In this document: piece by piece, positions 14,607-26,903 of the stretch
Numbering within the stretch: the stretch's first letter is position 1
Layout of the letters: the number at the start of each line of letters is the position of its first letter
Program-made: the position numbers and the translations under genes
Notes under the pieces: model-generated
Seen by the model: only the letters and a program-made list of their open reading frames with translations
What the model was told of the DNA's origin: nothing
The model's database searches: none
Assembly (NCBI GenBank): GCA_951406725.2
Contig: OX597815.1
Location: 140,554,001-140,618,000, forward strand
Direction: 5' to 3'
DNA length: 64,000 nucleotides
From: Octopus vulgaris
Taxonomy: Eukaryota

Positions 14607-14850
14607 CTCTTTTACACTTTTAATTGTTTCAATCATCTGACTATGACCATGCCGGAGCACCGCCTTTAGTCGAGCAAACCGACCCGGGACTTATTCTTTG
14701 TAAGCCTAGTACTTATTCTATCGGTCTCTGTTGCCGAACCGCTGGGTTACGGGGACGTAAACACACCAGCATCGGCTGCCTAAGGTGCCACGCAGTGGAA
14801 CTGAACTCGGAACCATGTGGTTCGTAAGCAAGTTACTTACCACACAGCCA
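14607..14850 (-). mobile_element. SINE family A, internally deleted
   Basis: Reverse match to the family A tail and head (cctaaggtgccacgcagtggaactgaactcggaaccatgtggttcgtaagcaagttacttaccacacagcc). Confidence 0.85.
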
Positions 14851-15386
14851 CATTCAAACACTGAGATTTGAAATGAGATGTCACTACTGTTCATATCATC
14901 TGTGGATGAATTTTAAAATTGATGATATCACCAGCAGTGACATAGGTGGATCGCAGAAGCAATAGCATTATATAGCTATTAATTATAAATTTGCACGAAG
15001 CGTAATGATGCTTAACATGCATCTACCTGCTAGAAATAAGAGCTAAAGTCTTAAATTAATCCACCGTATCGGACCAAGTTAACAGAGAAAAACAGTATGC
15101 GAGGAAAACAGAAAGAATTAAAACATTTAACAGCACACAATAAAAATATTATGCAATTAGGGATATCCACAAATCAGGTTTCGGCTTTTAAACCCTGAGC
15201 CTCATCAGTGTGGCCTAGTAATAATTCATAACCGTCACGTTAAACTCTAACAGTGAAGCTAGTTTTGTTTTGCGCCTAAAACAGAGCACATGGTGCATAA
15301 AAATTTATAAGCAAAACATTCAAATATTGAGATTTGAAATCAGATGTCACCACTGTTCATATCATCTGTGGATAAATTTTAAAATT
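14850..15386. repeat. 71-bp direct repeat pair (14850-14920 and 15316-15386), period 466 bp
   Basis: acattcaaacactgagatttgaaatgagatgtcactactgttcatatcatctgtggatgaattttaaaatt vs acattcaaatattgagatttgaaatcagatgtcaccactgttcatatcatctgtggataaattttaaaatt; 5 mismatches by eye. Confidence 0.9.
15150..15230 (-). ncRNA. Type I hammerhead ribozyme motif
   Basis: Minus strand: tatgaattattactagg-CCACA-CTGATGA-GGCT cagggtttaaa AGCC-GAAA-CCTGA-TT-TGTGG-ata-tccctaattgcata. Intact CUGAUGA/GAAA, helix I CCACA/TGTGG with a distal extension, helix II GGCT/AGCC. Helix III is imperfect. Confidence 0.75.
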
Positions 15387-15434
15387 AGTTTATATATATA
15401 TATATATATATATACTATATATACTATATATATA

Positions 15435-15803
15435 TTCATTCATTGTTGGACCGTGGTCGAGACAATGGAATTTACTATGTTACGCCAGACTTCACGGTCC
15501 ATCATAGCATTACGGAGGTCCTGTTGCTGGATGCCTGTATCCCTGGAAATTACATCAGAGTAGGAGAGTGTGCAACCTCTGGTATCGCGAGCAGATGGCT
15601 TCCAGAGGAGTAGAATAGAAATTACCTCCTTTTCAGCTCTACAACAATGTCCGGCAAACTGGACTCTTCTACCTTTCACAAGAGATGATACAGGCGGTAA
15701 TTTCCCATATATTTGTACTTTGGTTGGATGACGCTTCCACCTGAGATTTTGAGCTCTCATAAGGAGGCGAGTGTAAGTTTCATCCAACCGCCTCTCAAAC
15801 TTC
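15435..15803 (-). mobile_element. RTE-clade LINE 3' fragment
   Basis: RRLDETYTRLLMRAQNLRWKRHPTKVQIYG…RRVQFAGHCCR…LLLWKP…AMMDREVWRNIV is the typical RTE ORF C-terminus; it ends in a short tail next to (TA)n. Confidence 0.85.
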
Positions 15804-15879
15804 AATCCTTGTATATAACGTCCCAACTTCAAGTCATACAATACCTCACTACTTCCACTCATTCATATTCTCCCTTCTC

Positions 15880-16105
15880 TTTCTTCTTCCTCTTCTTCAT
15901 CATCATCATTATCATCATCATCGTCGTCATCATCACCATCATCATCATCATCCTCTTCTTCTTCTTCTTCTTCTTCTTCTTCTTCTTCTCCTCCTCCTCC
16001 TCCTCCTCCTTCTTCTTCTTCTTCATCATCATCAACATCGTCATCATCATCATCTTCTTCTTCTTCTTCTTCTTCTTCTTCTTCTTCTGCTCCATCTTCT
16101 ACTTC
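15880..16105. repeat. (TCA)n/(TCT)n/(TCC)n microsatellite
   Basis: Directly visible. Confidence 0.95.
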
Positions 16106-16443
16106 TTAACTTTATCACTATTGCTTTTTAGTATAACACCTACGCAAATTCCATAAACAAACCTTTCAATAGAAATATTCTCCTGAATTGAACTGCAACT
16201 GCCAGCCGCCACTGACCATTCAAAACGACAATCAAGGCACTCCCAAATGTTTTTTACCCCTTCTCCTCATCATCCTTCTTCTTCTACCCTACCAAGAATT
16301 CACAACGACCTCGAACACACAAGTGCAAACAAGAGAGACAGAGAAAGGCAGAAACAAGGAAAATGCCACTTATATTTGAACACTATACAAATATTCCTTT
16401 AAAAAAACATCTCTTTTAATTTTTCTAAATTTAATTATTTAAT

Positions 16444-16491
16444 CGTTACAGTTGAAAAGGTCTCAAAATGACCGAAACCGGTACTGAAATG
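16444..16491 (+). ncRNA. Minimal type I hammerhead ribozyme, U3-A8 core variant, palindromic helix III
   Basis: cgTTACAG-TTGAAAA-GGTC tcaaaat GACC-GAAA-CCGG-TA-CTGAAAtg: helix II GGTC/GACC, ACCGGT palindrome, GUA site (A16483), helix I CAG/CTG extended. Confidence 0.78.
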
Positions 16492-16537
16492 TTCTTTATA
16501 AAATTATTTTAGCATTTTCTATCTTGACTTGTTTTTT

Positions 16538-16572
<35 letters not shown>

Positions 16573-17298
16573 GTATATGTATACTTGTATGTACATATGT
16601 ATATGTGCATATACATACACACACACACAATCATATATACAAGCATATATGTAACCAAAGGCGAAACATTGCCTACATTACTGCCAGGTGTAAGAGAATG
16701 TTCTTTAGGCTCTAGCATTGCAATGGTGGGTAGTTTCTAAGGACAAAACTTGCAGGAAAGGATTAAAAAGAAAGCTATATGTATATAACGAGACTGATGA
16801 AGATATAATATTTGTGGAAGAGATCTGATATCTTTGTGTAGGCCTATATTCTAAAATCAAGTAGCTGTACGGAAGTGATCTGGTGACAGGATGTCAATGT
16901 GGTCTGAGGAATATTGATGTTTAACTCAACAAGTGCAATACCTGTTTGCACTGGTGTGACAGGACACATACCAATCTACCTTTGTAAAACTATGGCTGAT
17001 TCATGGAGAAAGGCTAGGATTCTTAGAAGGCTGTAGTTTTAAAACTTTTACACTATAGGTGACTTATATGTGATAACTATATGCAGGGCAATATAAATCG
17101 ACCAGGTCTTTCTTAGAACTCAAAGGGTTAATAGTTACGTAGAAGAATAACGAAGCAAAGCAGCTTCTCTTTAAAAAAATGAGGAAGCTAAAACAAGCGT
17201 ATGTATGATAGTTGACTGTAGAGGGGAAAAGAAAAAAAAACAAACAAGCAAATGAAAATGGCTTCTTCACAAGTAATTTCATTTCCCAAAATAAGTGC

Positions 17299-17358
17299 AA
17301 CACATACATTAGTGTACTGCTGGAAACACATACATTAGTGTACTGCTGGAAACACATA
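17299..17358. repeat. 26-bp tandem duplication (acacatacattagtgtactgctggaa) x ~2.3
   Basis: Directly visible. Confidence 0.9.
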
Positions 17359-17730
17359 CTGTAGTGTACAAATTGAGAAAACAACCTATAAGTAAACAAA
17401 GTAACTACCTTAGCAACTAAGCAGACATCCAATTAATCACATAACTCAACAAATAATAAACTGGCAATTACGATTTAACTACTTACGAGAGTAACGAATG
17501 GAATAATAAGACAAGCTCACCGAATTATCTAGATTCTAACTAGTAAATCAAGAGTTTGCTGTACAGAGTGATTAACAGTGTTAGTTAAAGTGAAATACGT
17601 CTTGATTAGGAGAAACTTCGTTAATATCTATTCCAATGAAACTACTCGAAACCTTGCATTACTGATGCTGTTATTCCACATCATGACATCACTTGTCTGT
17701 TTCAATTACCATCCTGAAACACTGAGTATA

Positions 17731-17838
<108 letters not shown>

Positions 17839-17842
17839 GAAA

Positions 17843-19200
17843 GGTAAGTTTGAAGACTGCCTAGCAAAGACAGTTCTCGCCAAACTGGAATACCACAACA
17901 GTGTATTCCTTTTGGGTAATATTAACTTCTCCAATGTGGGATGGCCTGGGGGGCCAGATGTTCTCAAGAATGACACACCACCAGCAAGCAGGGGCGGAGT
18001 CCCTGCCCCAACTTACCAAGGTTTTTCCTTCATGAAGCAAATTCCGCTCCATGAAAGAGATCGTCAAGCACTATTGGCCTAAATGTGGCCTAAATGTCTC
18101 TCCACACCTGACGTTGACAGGGAACATAAACATTTCATGCCCATAATGCAAGCCATATTATGTGAAATCTGTCGCATAGTGCAGGGCCAACGTGTTTAAA
18201 TGCAGGATCCCTAGAGAAAGGAAGATTCTTATGAGAAGTCAGACAAAGATTGCGAACCATCTGCACAAGCACCCCAAAAGTGGCGCGAAGTCTCGCCTGG
18301 AGATTGAGAAAAGTCTAAAATACCCTCACGAAAGGTGCACCACAAGATAGGACCTCTCTTTCAAAAAGATGACTCCCTCACAAGAAACCCAATGAGGATA
18401 GATGAAATACTTAACGAACAGTTCCAAAGTGTGTTCGATACAACTCTAGGTAAATGAACAACCCAGCTGAATTCCTTCCCACTTTTCCTATAACCAAAGA
18501 GGCGAAAATTGATTACATCAACATTAAAGAATATGTAATACGGGCATAGATGAGGTTGACGCAAACTCAGCCGCTGGCCTTGATGGATTCCCAGCGGTCC
18601 ATCTCAAATCGTCCAAACGAACCCTTGAAAAGCCACTGCAGCTTCTTTTACAGAGCTTTCTTTCAAGTGGTAAACTCCCAGACGAACTGAAGTAAGGGAT
18701 AATATGCCCTATCCATAAGAGAGGAAGCAGGAAAGATGCTTAAAATTATACGTCTATCTCTCTAACATCACACCGCAGCAAAGTCAAGGTACGAATACTA
18801 ATCGCGTTCCTTGAAGGAAATGACATGTTGACTGAGATCCAGCATGGATTTCGTCCAGGTAGAAACTGCCTAATACAGCTCTTGTAACACTACGACTGGA
18901 TGTTAAAACAGCTGCTAATGCGAATGTGATATATCTCCGCTTTGAAAAAGCCTTTTGATAAAGTCAACCATGGTACGATATGACACAAACTGCGTGATCT
19001 TGGCATAATCGAAAAACTTGGAGAGTGGGGTGGGGCTCCTCAAAGGAAACAAATAGTAAGTGGTGTTCCACAGGGCACTATATTAGGGCTATTGCTATTC
19101 CTTGAGGCCCTCTCAGACCTGACCTCAGCTGTTCAGATAGCCAACAATGCTAGCTATGCATACGACACAAAAGACTCTCAGACAATACAAAATCCTGGAA
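17843..19200 (+). mobile_element. Decayed CR1/L2-group LINE ORF2 (APE remnant + RT)
   Basis: Translated pieces: VFLLGNINFSNVGW (APE GDFN motif), EILNEQFQSVF, SAAGLDGFP, NYTSISLTS, QHGFRPGRNCL, KAFDKVNHG, SGVPQGTILGLLLF. Multiple stops, frameshifts and deletions. Confidence 0.88.
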
Positions 19201-19204
19201 TTAT

Positions 19205-20076
19205 TGGGTAAATTGTTGCTATTTTATATCTTTAATTTAGCGCATGCGTATTATTTATTTATTTTGCCAACTACACAGTATTTGTACTGTCTGTTAGGAA
19301 CCGTTTGTGAGGAAAACACCACCTTGAGGTAATTCACTCTGCCAGAAATTTGAAAACCACATGCAGTAGCACTTTGCATTCGCGCCGGAAGCTCCAATGC
19401 GAACATTTCAGAGTGTTTGGGTGTCAATCTCAGAACAATGCAATGTGAGGACAAGTACCGAGAGTGATAAAAATCAAACATCCAGTCAACATCATGGTGT
19501 TTGGAGTGATCACTGGTGATGGCGATGTTATGCCTCCATACATCTTCCCATACGGCTTCAGTTTCGACACGAAGGACAACATCAAGTGCCAGGAGGAAGT
19601 AGTGCTGCCTTGGGTTAAGATAGTGGCTGCTGGAAGACCTTATGTCTTGCAAAAGAACTTTACATCATGCTACACAAGCAGGAGAACAAAGTCATGGCTG
19701 TCAGACAATTTCTGCGGTCACATCACCCTTAACTTCTGCCCACCTAACTACCCAGACTTCAACCAACTTGATTATTATATGTGGGGCGCAGTTGAGAGCC
19801 CCACAAAATTCCTAGTAATACCAAAGATGAATTGAAGGCAAAGAATATGGCAGCATTCACGACGTAATCAAGGAGACCGTTCAGAAGATTTGCAGGAGAT
19901 TCCGAAGTCGTCTGGAGGCTATGGCTGAAGCTAAAGGCTATTTTATTGAATAAATTTACTCTTTAGTATTTCAAGATATTCGTATGTAATTTTGGTAAAT
20001 ATATCTGTTAAAATGAGATGTCAGTGTTATTGTCATTTTTGTGTAATTTAGACGACAGTTTATTCATCCCACCCTG
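19205..20076 (+). mobile_element. Tc1/mariner DNA transposon, maT/DD37D-like, internally deleted
   Basis: ORF KHPVNIMVFGVITGDGDVMPPYIF…VVLPWVK…RPYVLQK…CPPNYPDFNQLDYYMWG (WPPNSPDLNPLDY-like motif). Right end …tcatcccaccctg-TA. Left TIR degraded. Confidence 0.85.
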
Positions 20077-20097
20077 TACATACATACATACACACAA

Positions 20098-20170
<73 letters not shown>

Positions 20171-22079
20171 CTAAGATTAACGCTATACAATTAATAATAA
20201 TCTTATCAGAGTATTAGAAAATGAAGACAATGTTGTTCTTTTGCACTTCAGAATTCATACTGGTCATTTTATTAGACTAGTTATTGTGGTGAAAAATAAC
20301 ATTGACAAAACAGGTTTGCTCATTCATATATCATTCCCAGCTAACGGCAACATCTTTGCATAAACGTGTGAAGAGTTAGGTAAATATAAGTAATTTGAAG
20401 TAAGTATCTCAAAAGTATTGCATCTAAAAACAATAATCATGCACTTGATCATCAGAGCTTTGGTGGATAATATCAAATGGTGCTCTTTAGTATTTATACT
20501 ATGATCAATTACCACGAAATCTCAGTGTCAGAACTACAAAATGTTTTCTCATATATTATGAAAGACAGCTTATAACATATTTCAATGACGTAAATGTTGC
20601 AAGAACATTTTAACGAAATCTTATTTGTTAATATTTGTTCTCCTTCCTCTAAAATACATCATTACTACTCAGAAATATTACTCACAGTTGAATGTATAAC
20701 TTGCTGTTTCTTGAGCACCTGGGTGAGACTTGGAATAACTAGAACAAAGCAAAGTGACAACAACGATCTTGCCTTTTCATAATTATCATCCTAATTGTAG
20801 TCATTGTCACCTTCGTCGACATCACTGTAAATCTCTATTCAGCAATGTGTGCCCTTAGATCATCTTAACTAGTAAGTCGCTTCTTGAAATTCTTTGTTCT
20901 CTTAGTAAATCTGAACTAGGAAATCACACAGGAAGACATATATGTATACTTTAGGGTAGTTAGTTGAGCATTTCCCTCCCTCGAACAATTATTCCAGTTC
21001 AATGCTTGAATCTTGGGGAACAACGAAAGATAGGTTTGGAATCGAAATGATTTGAACTGAGTGTAAAATGGCAGGAACGCATATGATCAACGATGCTGCT
21101 AGCTCACTGCCTTAGTGTGTAAACAGTAACACTCAGAATTCTCTTTGATGTTGTGCCGAGGAATGTATCACATGACAGAAGATATTAGTCAGTAGATAAT
21201 AACAAGAATTAGATTAATATACATACATTTATATATACATGTATATATTGTCATATATATATATTCATATGTATGTATACATAGCTAATTGATTCATATA
21301 TGCATTACGACATATATTTCAACTTATTTAGATCGCGAAAAAATTTTCACAGAAAAAGTGCTCTGTAATACACTTGAATGTATGTATATGTGTAACTGCA
21401 TATATACACATACTTACATACAAACGTACATATACATGCATACATATATATATATACGTATATGTGCATGTTAGAAAGTATGTTTATAACTGTGTACATA
21501 TGCATAAACACATACGCACAAGTTCGAACATATAAATGTATGCGTATGAGTACATGCCTGTAAGTGGGCGAGTGTATATGTATGCATATGTCGACTTTTC
21601 TGCATGTGAATATATTTGTTTGTGTAAAAGTAAAAAAAGAAGAAGAAATATTAAAATAAAACGAAATCACAATGATAAAGACATATCAAGATGGAAATAA
21701 ATGGCAGCTAACATGTAATTATGTTGGAGGACAGATAAAGCGGAGCAGATGGGAGGGGATGCAAGAGATCAAAGACACAGTTAATGGTATCCATAAAACT
21801 AAGTCAGCAATTAGTGTGTTTGTGTACAACTAGCTCACTGATGGTTGTCGCTTTGCCACTAATTTAAATCAATTAAGCCTAAAACATGCAAGACACATGA
21901 ATATCGAATGGAGTTCTTGCACAAGAGTGTATTAAAATGTGCCCCTTGTCACATACGTCCATATATATAATATAATAAATGTGTGGCGTGTATAGATATA
22001 TCCACATATATGTATATATGTACAGCTGTATATATATATCTATATATATATATGCACATACACCTATCTCTCTCTCTTT

Positions 22080-22129
22080 ATGTATCTATTTATCTTTCTA
22101 TCTATCTATCTATCCATCTATCTATATAT

Positions 22130-22208
<79 letters not shown>

Positions 22209-22214
22209 CCTACA

Positions 22215-22310
<96 letters not shown>

Positions 22311-22400
22311 AATCTATCTATCTATGCGTGTCTGTCTGTCTCTCTCTATCCACACACTCGCACACACACACATACACACACACAAACACACACATATATA
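22080..22400. repeat. (TATC)n tetranucleotide microsatellite plus (CA)n
   Basis: Directly visible. Confidence 0.97.
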
Positions 22401-25400
22401 TATTATATAAGCATAGATACACATATTCTTGCATATATATATTATATAAATAATGCTTATATGTTTATAGATTATAGATGTACATTCCCATATTTGCGCA
22501 TTTGCATACACTCTCATATATATTTGTATACATATAATCATAAATAATATCTTGCAGCACTCTCAAAGTATACATATTGTGTAATAAGAAACTGTTAGCA
22601 CATTTTCAAATTACACAATTTGTATACAGTATGTATATTACCAGATGCTACATATTTAAATATTTATGGACACACGTACCTATGTATGTATGATTGTAAA
22701 TTTATGTTTGCTTATTTGTATTAATACTCATATACCTAAATATTTATAATACTTACAGACACAGGTAAATAAATGTATACACGCACACATATATTTACAC
22801 CTCTACATGTTTCGAAGTATTAATTATATACACAAATAAAGCGGTGTATACATGGTAATACCATTTTTGTACACAGACCTGCAGATATGTGCGCGTGTGT
22901 ATGTTATTCATATACGTTTATATATATATATATACATATATAATATTAAATATATATATATATGTATGTATGTATGCATGTATATGTGTTTGTGTCTGTG
23001 TCTGAGCGTGTGTGTGTGTGTGTGTGTGTACGGATATGTATATAATAGGTGTATGCATGCGTGTGACTGCATGTATATACGAGTGCGCGCTCATGTACGT
23101 TTGTCAGTGTCTGTATATGTAAATGGGAAGTTAAAAAGTGAGTCAGAAAATAATGCAATCAATTTTAAACAGCTGAAATAGGCGAGAAGGTAATATATTC
23201 AGCTACATTCTGTGGGTATTGAATTTCAATCTAATTAGAATATATTTCCTTGAGATTGTAGGTAAATACATAAAATTCATAGGTAGATAGTGATGACTCA
23301 GCTTTCATACAGGATCCAGCTACGTGTTTTTGTAGCTACTTATTTGTCTTTTATGTTAGTTATGTTTATACTATCAATCATTATCAATCATTTCTGTCTG
23401 TCAGCACAAACCTTGTTACTATGTCTATACATTAATTATGAAAATAGGCTCTATTGTTAATTTTTCGCTGTTGCAATATCTCTTTATGACTTTGGTATAA
23501 TCTTTCCCCTAACCACCTACCAGCACTATCAAGCAAATTAAATATTCTACTTATCTCTGTATCAACCCATTCTGTAACAATCTCTGTTCTCGGTTTTTCA
23601 AACTGCAGCCCAACTCAATCTTAAATGTATGAACTAATCTTTTGTAAAATGTATGCTTCCCATCTCTGATGCGTTTCCTTCCAAACTGTTTTAACTCTAT
23701 ATGCTAATCTTGCATCAAACCCCAAAATACCACGATCTTTTGCTCGTCGGTCTAACATCACAAACACAATGTCACCTGTATTTATTAAATACATTTGGTA
23801 ATGAGGTCAAGTCGTGTAACTAGATTCAGAATTTAAGACTAGGTGTGAAACTTCAAAGTTCTCTTAAAAGGAGGCGATCGTTGTGGAGTTCTTTCCGACC
23901 ACAGCATCTACCGACTAATCTCTTGAAACTTCTAGTCATATCTATGTAGTAAATACTATGTTAACATAATATTTTAACAGAGCACATAACTTTCATCTTG
24001 AAATAGACGACATAGGATCCTTATAAAAATGCATCTGCTGGTAGGCGGTATTGACCGAATAGGAAATATACGGGATAGACACAGGCTGATGAGAGAATTA
24101 AGGCAACGATTCTGAGTACCAATTTTAATAAATTTGTCTTGTCTTTGGGCACAATGGCTTCTGAATGATGTGTTAACGTTTCTTTAGATTTTCCTTCACA
24201 GTAAAGAAGAATTGTTGGATGCTGTATGAAGCAGTTTTATTACTACAATAAATGCTACAAAAGTCTATGTACCTTATAACTGACAAATCTTGGAAACTGA
24301 GTCATTGACAGCACTGACTGTAAAATTCCGAGAGGTGAGTGATCCCTAGCGAAGATAAAGGCCTCAAGTTCGGAGCAGCTTAATTTTGATTTACCTCTAA
24401 TGCCTTCGTGTACTTGCTACCTACGTGTTGAATTTGTGAGCTGTAACGAAATTATTGCAAGTAAATTCATATACATACTAACACACGCAAAAACACACAC
24501 ACACTGATACACAGGAAGCACTGCACCAACTATATACGCGATAAATTTTGCAACTTATGCAGTGAGTGATTATAGAAGTAAAATGGAAAAGTATACGAAG
24601 TCCTTTTCGTGCATTTGTTTCTGCTAAATGAAATTCAGTCAACGATATACATTTTAATGAATATTTACATTTATATTAATATATAAACTATTGTTGTTTT
24701 CACTTAAAGCGAACATCTGCTCCAAATAGAAAAATACAAAACAAAGTAAAACTTTTTTTATTTCTAGTTTTTCAGTTGCATTCAAATACATCTCTAGACA
24801 ATTCAATTTTGTATTATTTGGAAGATAATAAGTATGGCGCCAGATGGAACATTTCTACTAGAATTTCTGGTTGAATTATTGGACTCAACAAAATGTTCAA
24901 TATCCTCAAAGTTTTCTGACAAACTTATTAAAATATCAACATTGACCTTTTATTATCACTATCATTTTAAAGTCAAATGCTTTCTCAGAAATTTAAATAA
25001 ATGAAAATGCATTTTTTTCTATTTCTCCTTGTCTACACTTTGAAGAAAATCTATTTAGAAGCTTTTAAAATTCCTGCTTTATAAATATTTGAAAATATGG
25101 TATATCATTAAAGTTTTATTTCTTTCTTTCGTGGTATAAATCAAGTAAAACTGCAAACCAAATTAGCATATATCATGCATTTCATTTCAACAGAAAAATA
25201 AACCATTTTATTCCTTTATTGTTTTATTTAAATTATATCCTGATATATCTAAAGTAGTCAAGTTCAAGTTTATTGCTATTTCATGCTGTAAACTTTAAAC
25301 GGGAGCTAAAGTTTATGTTACTTTCTGCAGTAAGGTTATATTTTGCTGAATAACTTTATAAAACAGTAAGATGTGACAATATGATTAATGTACCCATAAA

Positions 25401-26400
25401 AGATAGTCTGAAGGTAGTGATGGAGAAGTCCAGGTCGGCAGACATTATACAGTGAAGTTTATCTGACCTGAAACGCTATATTCCTTATCTCCCTACTGCA
25501 TAGAAACACATGAACGTCACTGATTAATGTCTATGGTGTTGTAGGACAAAAGAGTTTATTAATATGATTTGTGGCGTTTTCTCTAGTTTTATTTCTCTCG
25601 CATATTTTTATTCAGTTTACACCTTTAATTACTTACAATTTCTTCAGGCAAGTGAACATGTTATAAGTGTGGAGACGGGTGATTATCTGTATCATTCTTT
25701 CTGGTTTAGCACACAATTGATAAAGCATAGAATTTCTCTGGTGTCATCTTTGTCTTTAATCTGCATCAGTCGATAAATATACATATGAGGTGGGATATAT
25801 AGATTATGTCTTCTCTTCTAGAAATATGGTTTAGTGCTTTAGATAATCACCATTATTCTATGGGATATATATTTTAATGCACTGACTTGATACAATAAAT
25901 ATAAAGAGAAACACACTTAGACAGCACATAATAACTGTTGCGTATATCTAATGTTGATATTTAACTCTGAAGTAATATGGGGAATGGTTGTTAAGAAGTT
26001 GAAATATGAAAATTTAAATTTAAATGTTTAGAGGTTCTTATATAAAAAACTATTCATACTAAATGTAGAGGCGATAAGGGAGAGAGAGAGAAGGAAAGAG
26101 AGATGGGGGAGACAGACAGAGAGAGGGAGGGTGAGAGAGGGAGAGAGAGAAGGAGAGAGAGAAAGAGAGAAAGAGAAAGAGTGAAAGTGCTGGATAGAAA
26201 GGGAGATGATAATGTTTACTGGCAACAAACAATAGATATCGATATCTGAGTTAAGATGTAGTGAAAAAAGATACGAAGACGGGATTTATTGATGCTTATG
26301 AAAATATTTGTCCATTTGTTGTAGAAAAACTCAATTTAAGTGGATTTAGAACTAAAACATTTTCCCCTGTATCGTAAGTAAAACAGTAAACTGATGTTAT

Positions 26401-26903
26401 ATTACATGGAAAAATGCAAGCATAAAGAGTCATATTCTTAAGATTATAAGCCTGCAAAAGTACAGGACAAGTGATTACGCCTGTAAAAGTATAGGACAAG
26501 CTATTACTTCTAGCAAAGTAATGAATAAGAAACTTTTCATTTAAAATATTGCAGCAAAGAAGGCCAGTTCTTCTAATTTATTACTCTTTACAGTTCTCTT
26601 CTTTTAAATTTATTGTACAAAAATGTTCAGGTAATTTGTAAGTTTGTCTAATTAGTCGCTTTTCTCTAGAATTAGGCAAATTCTACTTAAATAAGTATAG
26701 CGTTATTTGTAAACTATCATAAAATAAGTTTTAATATTCAAATTTTAATTTTAGCTGCAATATTTTAAGTAAAAAGTTTCTTATTCTTTACTAGAAGTAA
26801 TTTCCTGTCCTATACTTTTACAGGTGTAATAACATGTCCTGTACTTTTCCAGGTTTATCATCTTAATAATATAAGTTTTCATGCTCGCATTTTTCCATGT
26901 AAT
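26401..26903. mobile_element. Foldback/MITE-like long imperfect inverted repeat (arms ~26401-26557 and ~26751-26903)
   Basis: attacatggaaaaatgcaagcat…cctgtaaaagtataggacaag…ttacttctag…gaataagaaactttt…ttaaaatattgcagc is mirrored by gctgcaatattttaa…aaaagtttcttattc…ctagaagtaa…tgtcctatacttttacagg…atgctcgcatttttccatgtaat. Central hairpin tttgtctaatt/aattaggcaaa. Confidence 0.85.

Noticed and set aside
22799-22818. Minus-strand CGAAACATGTAGAGG half hammerhead
   Set aside because: The CUGANGA half is missing; at most a deleted remnant.
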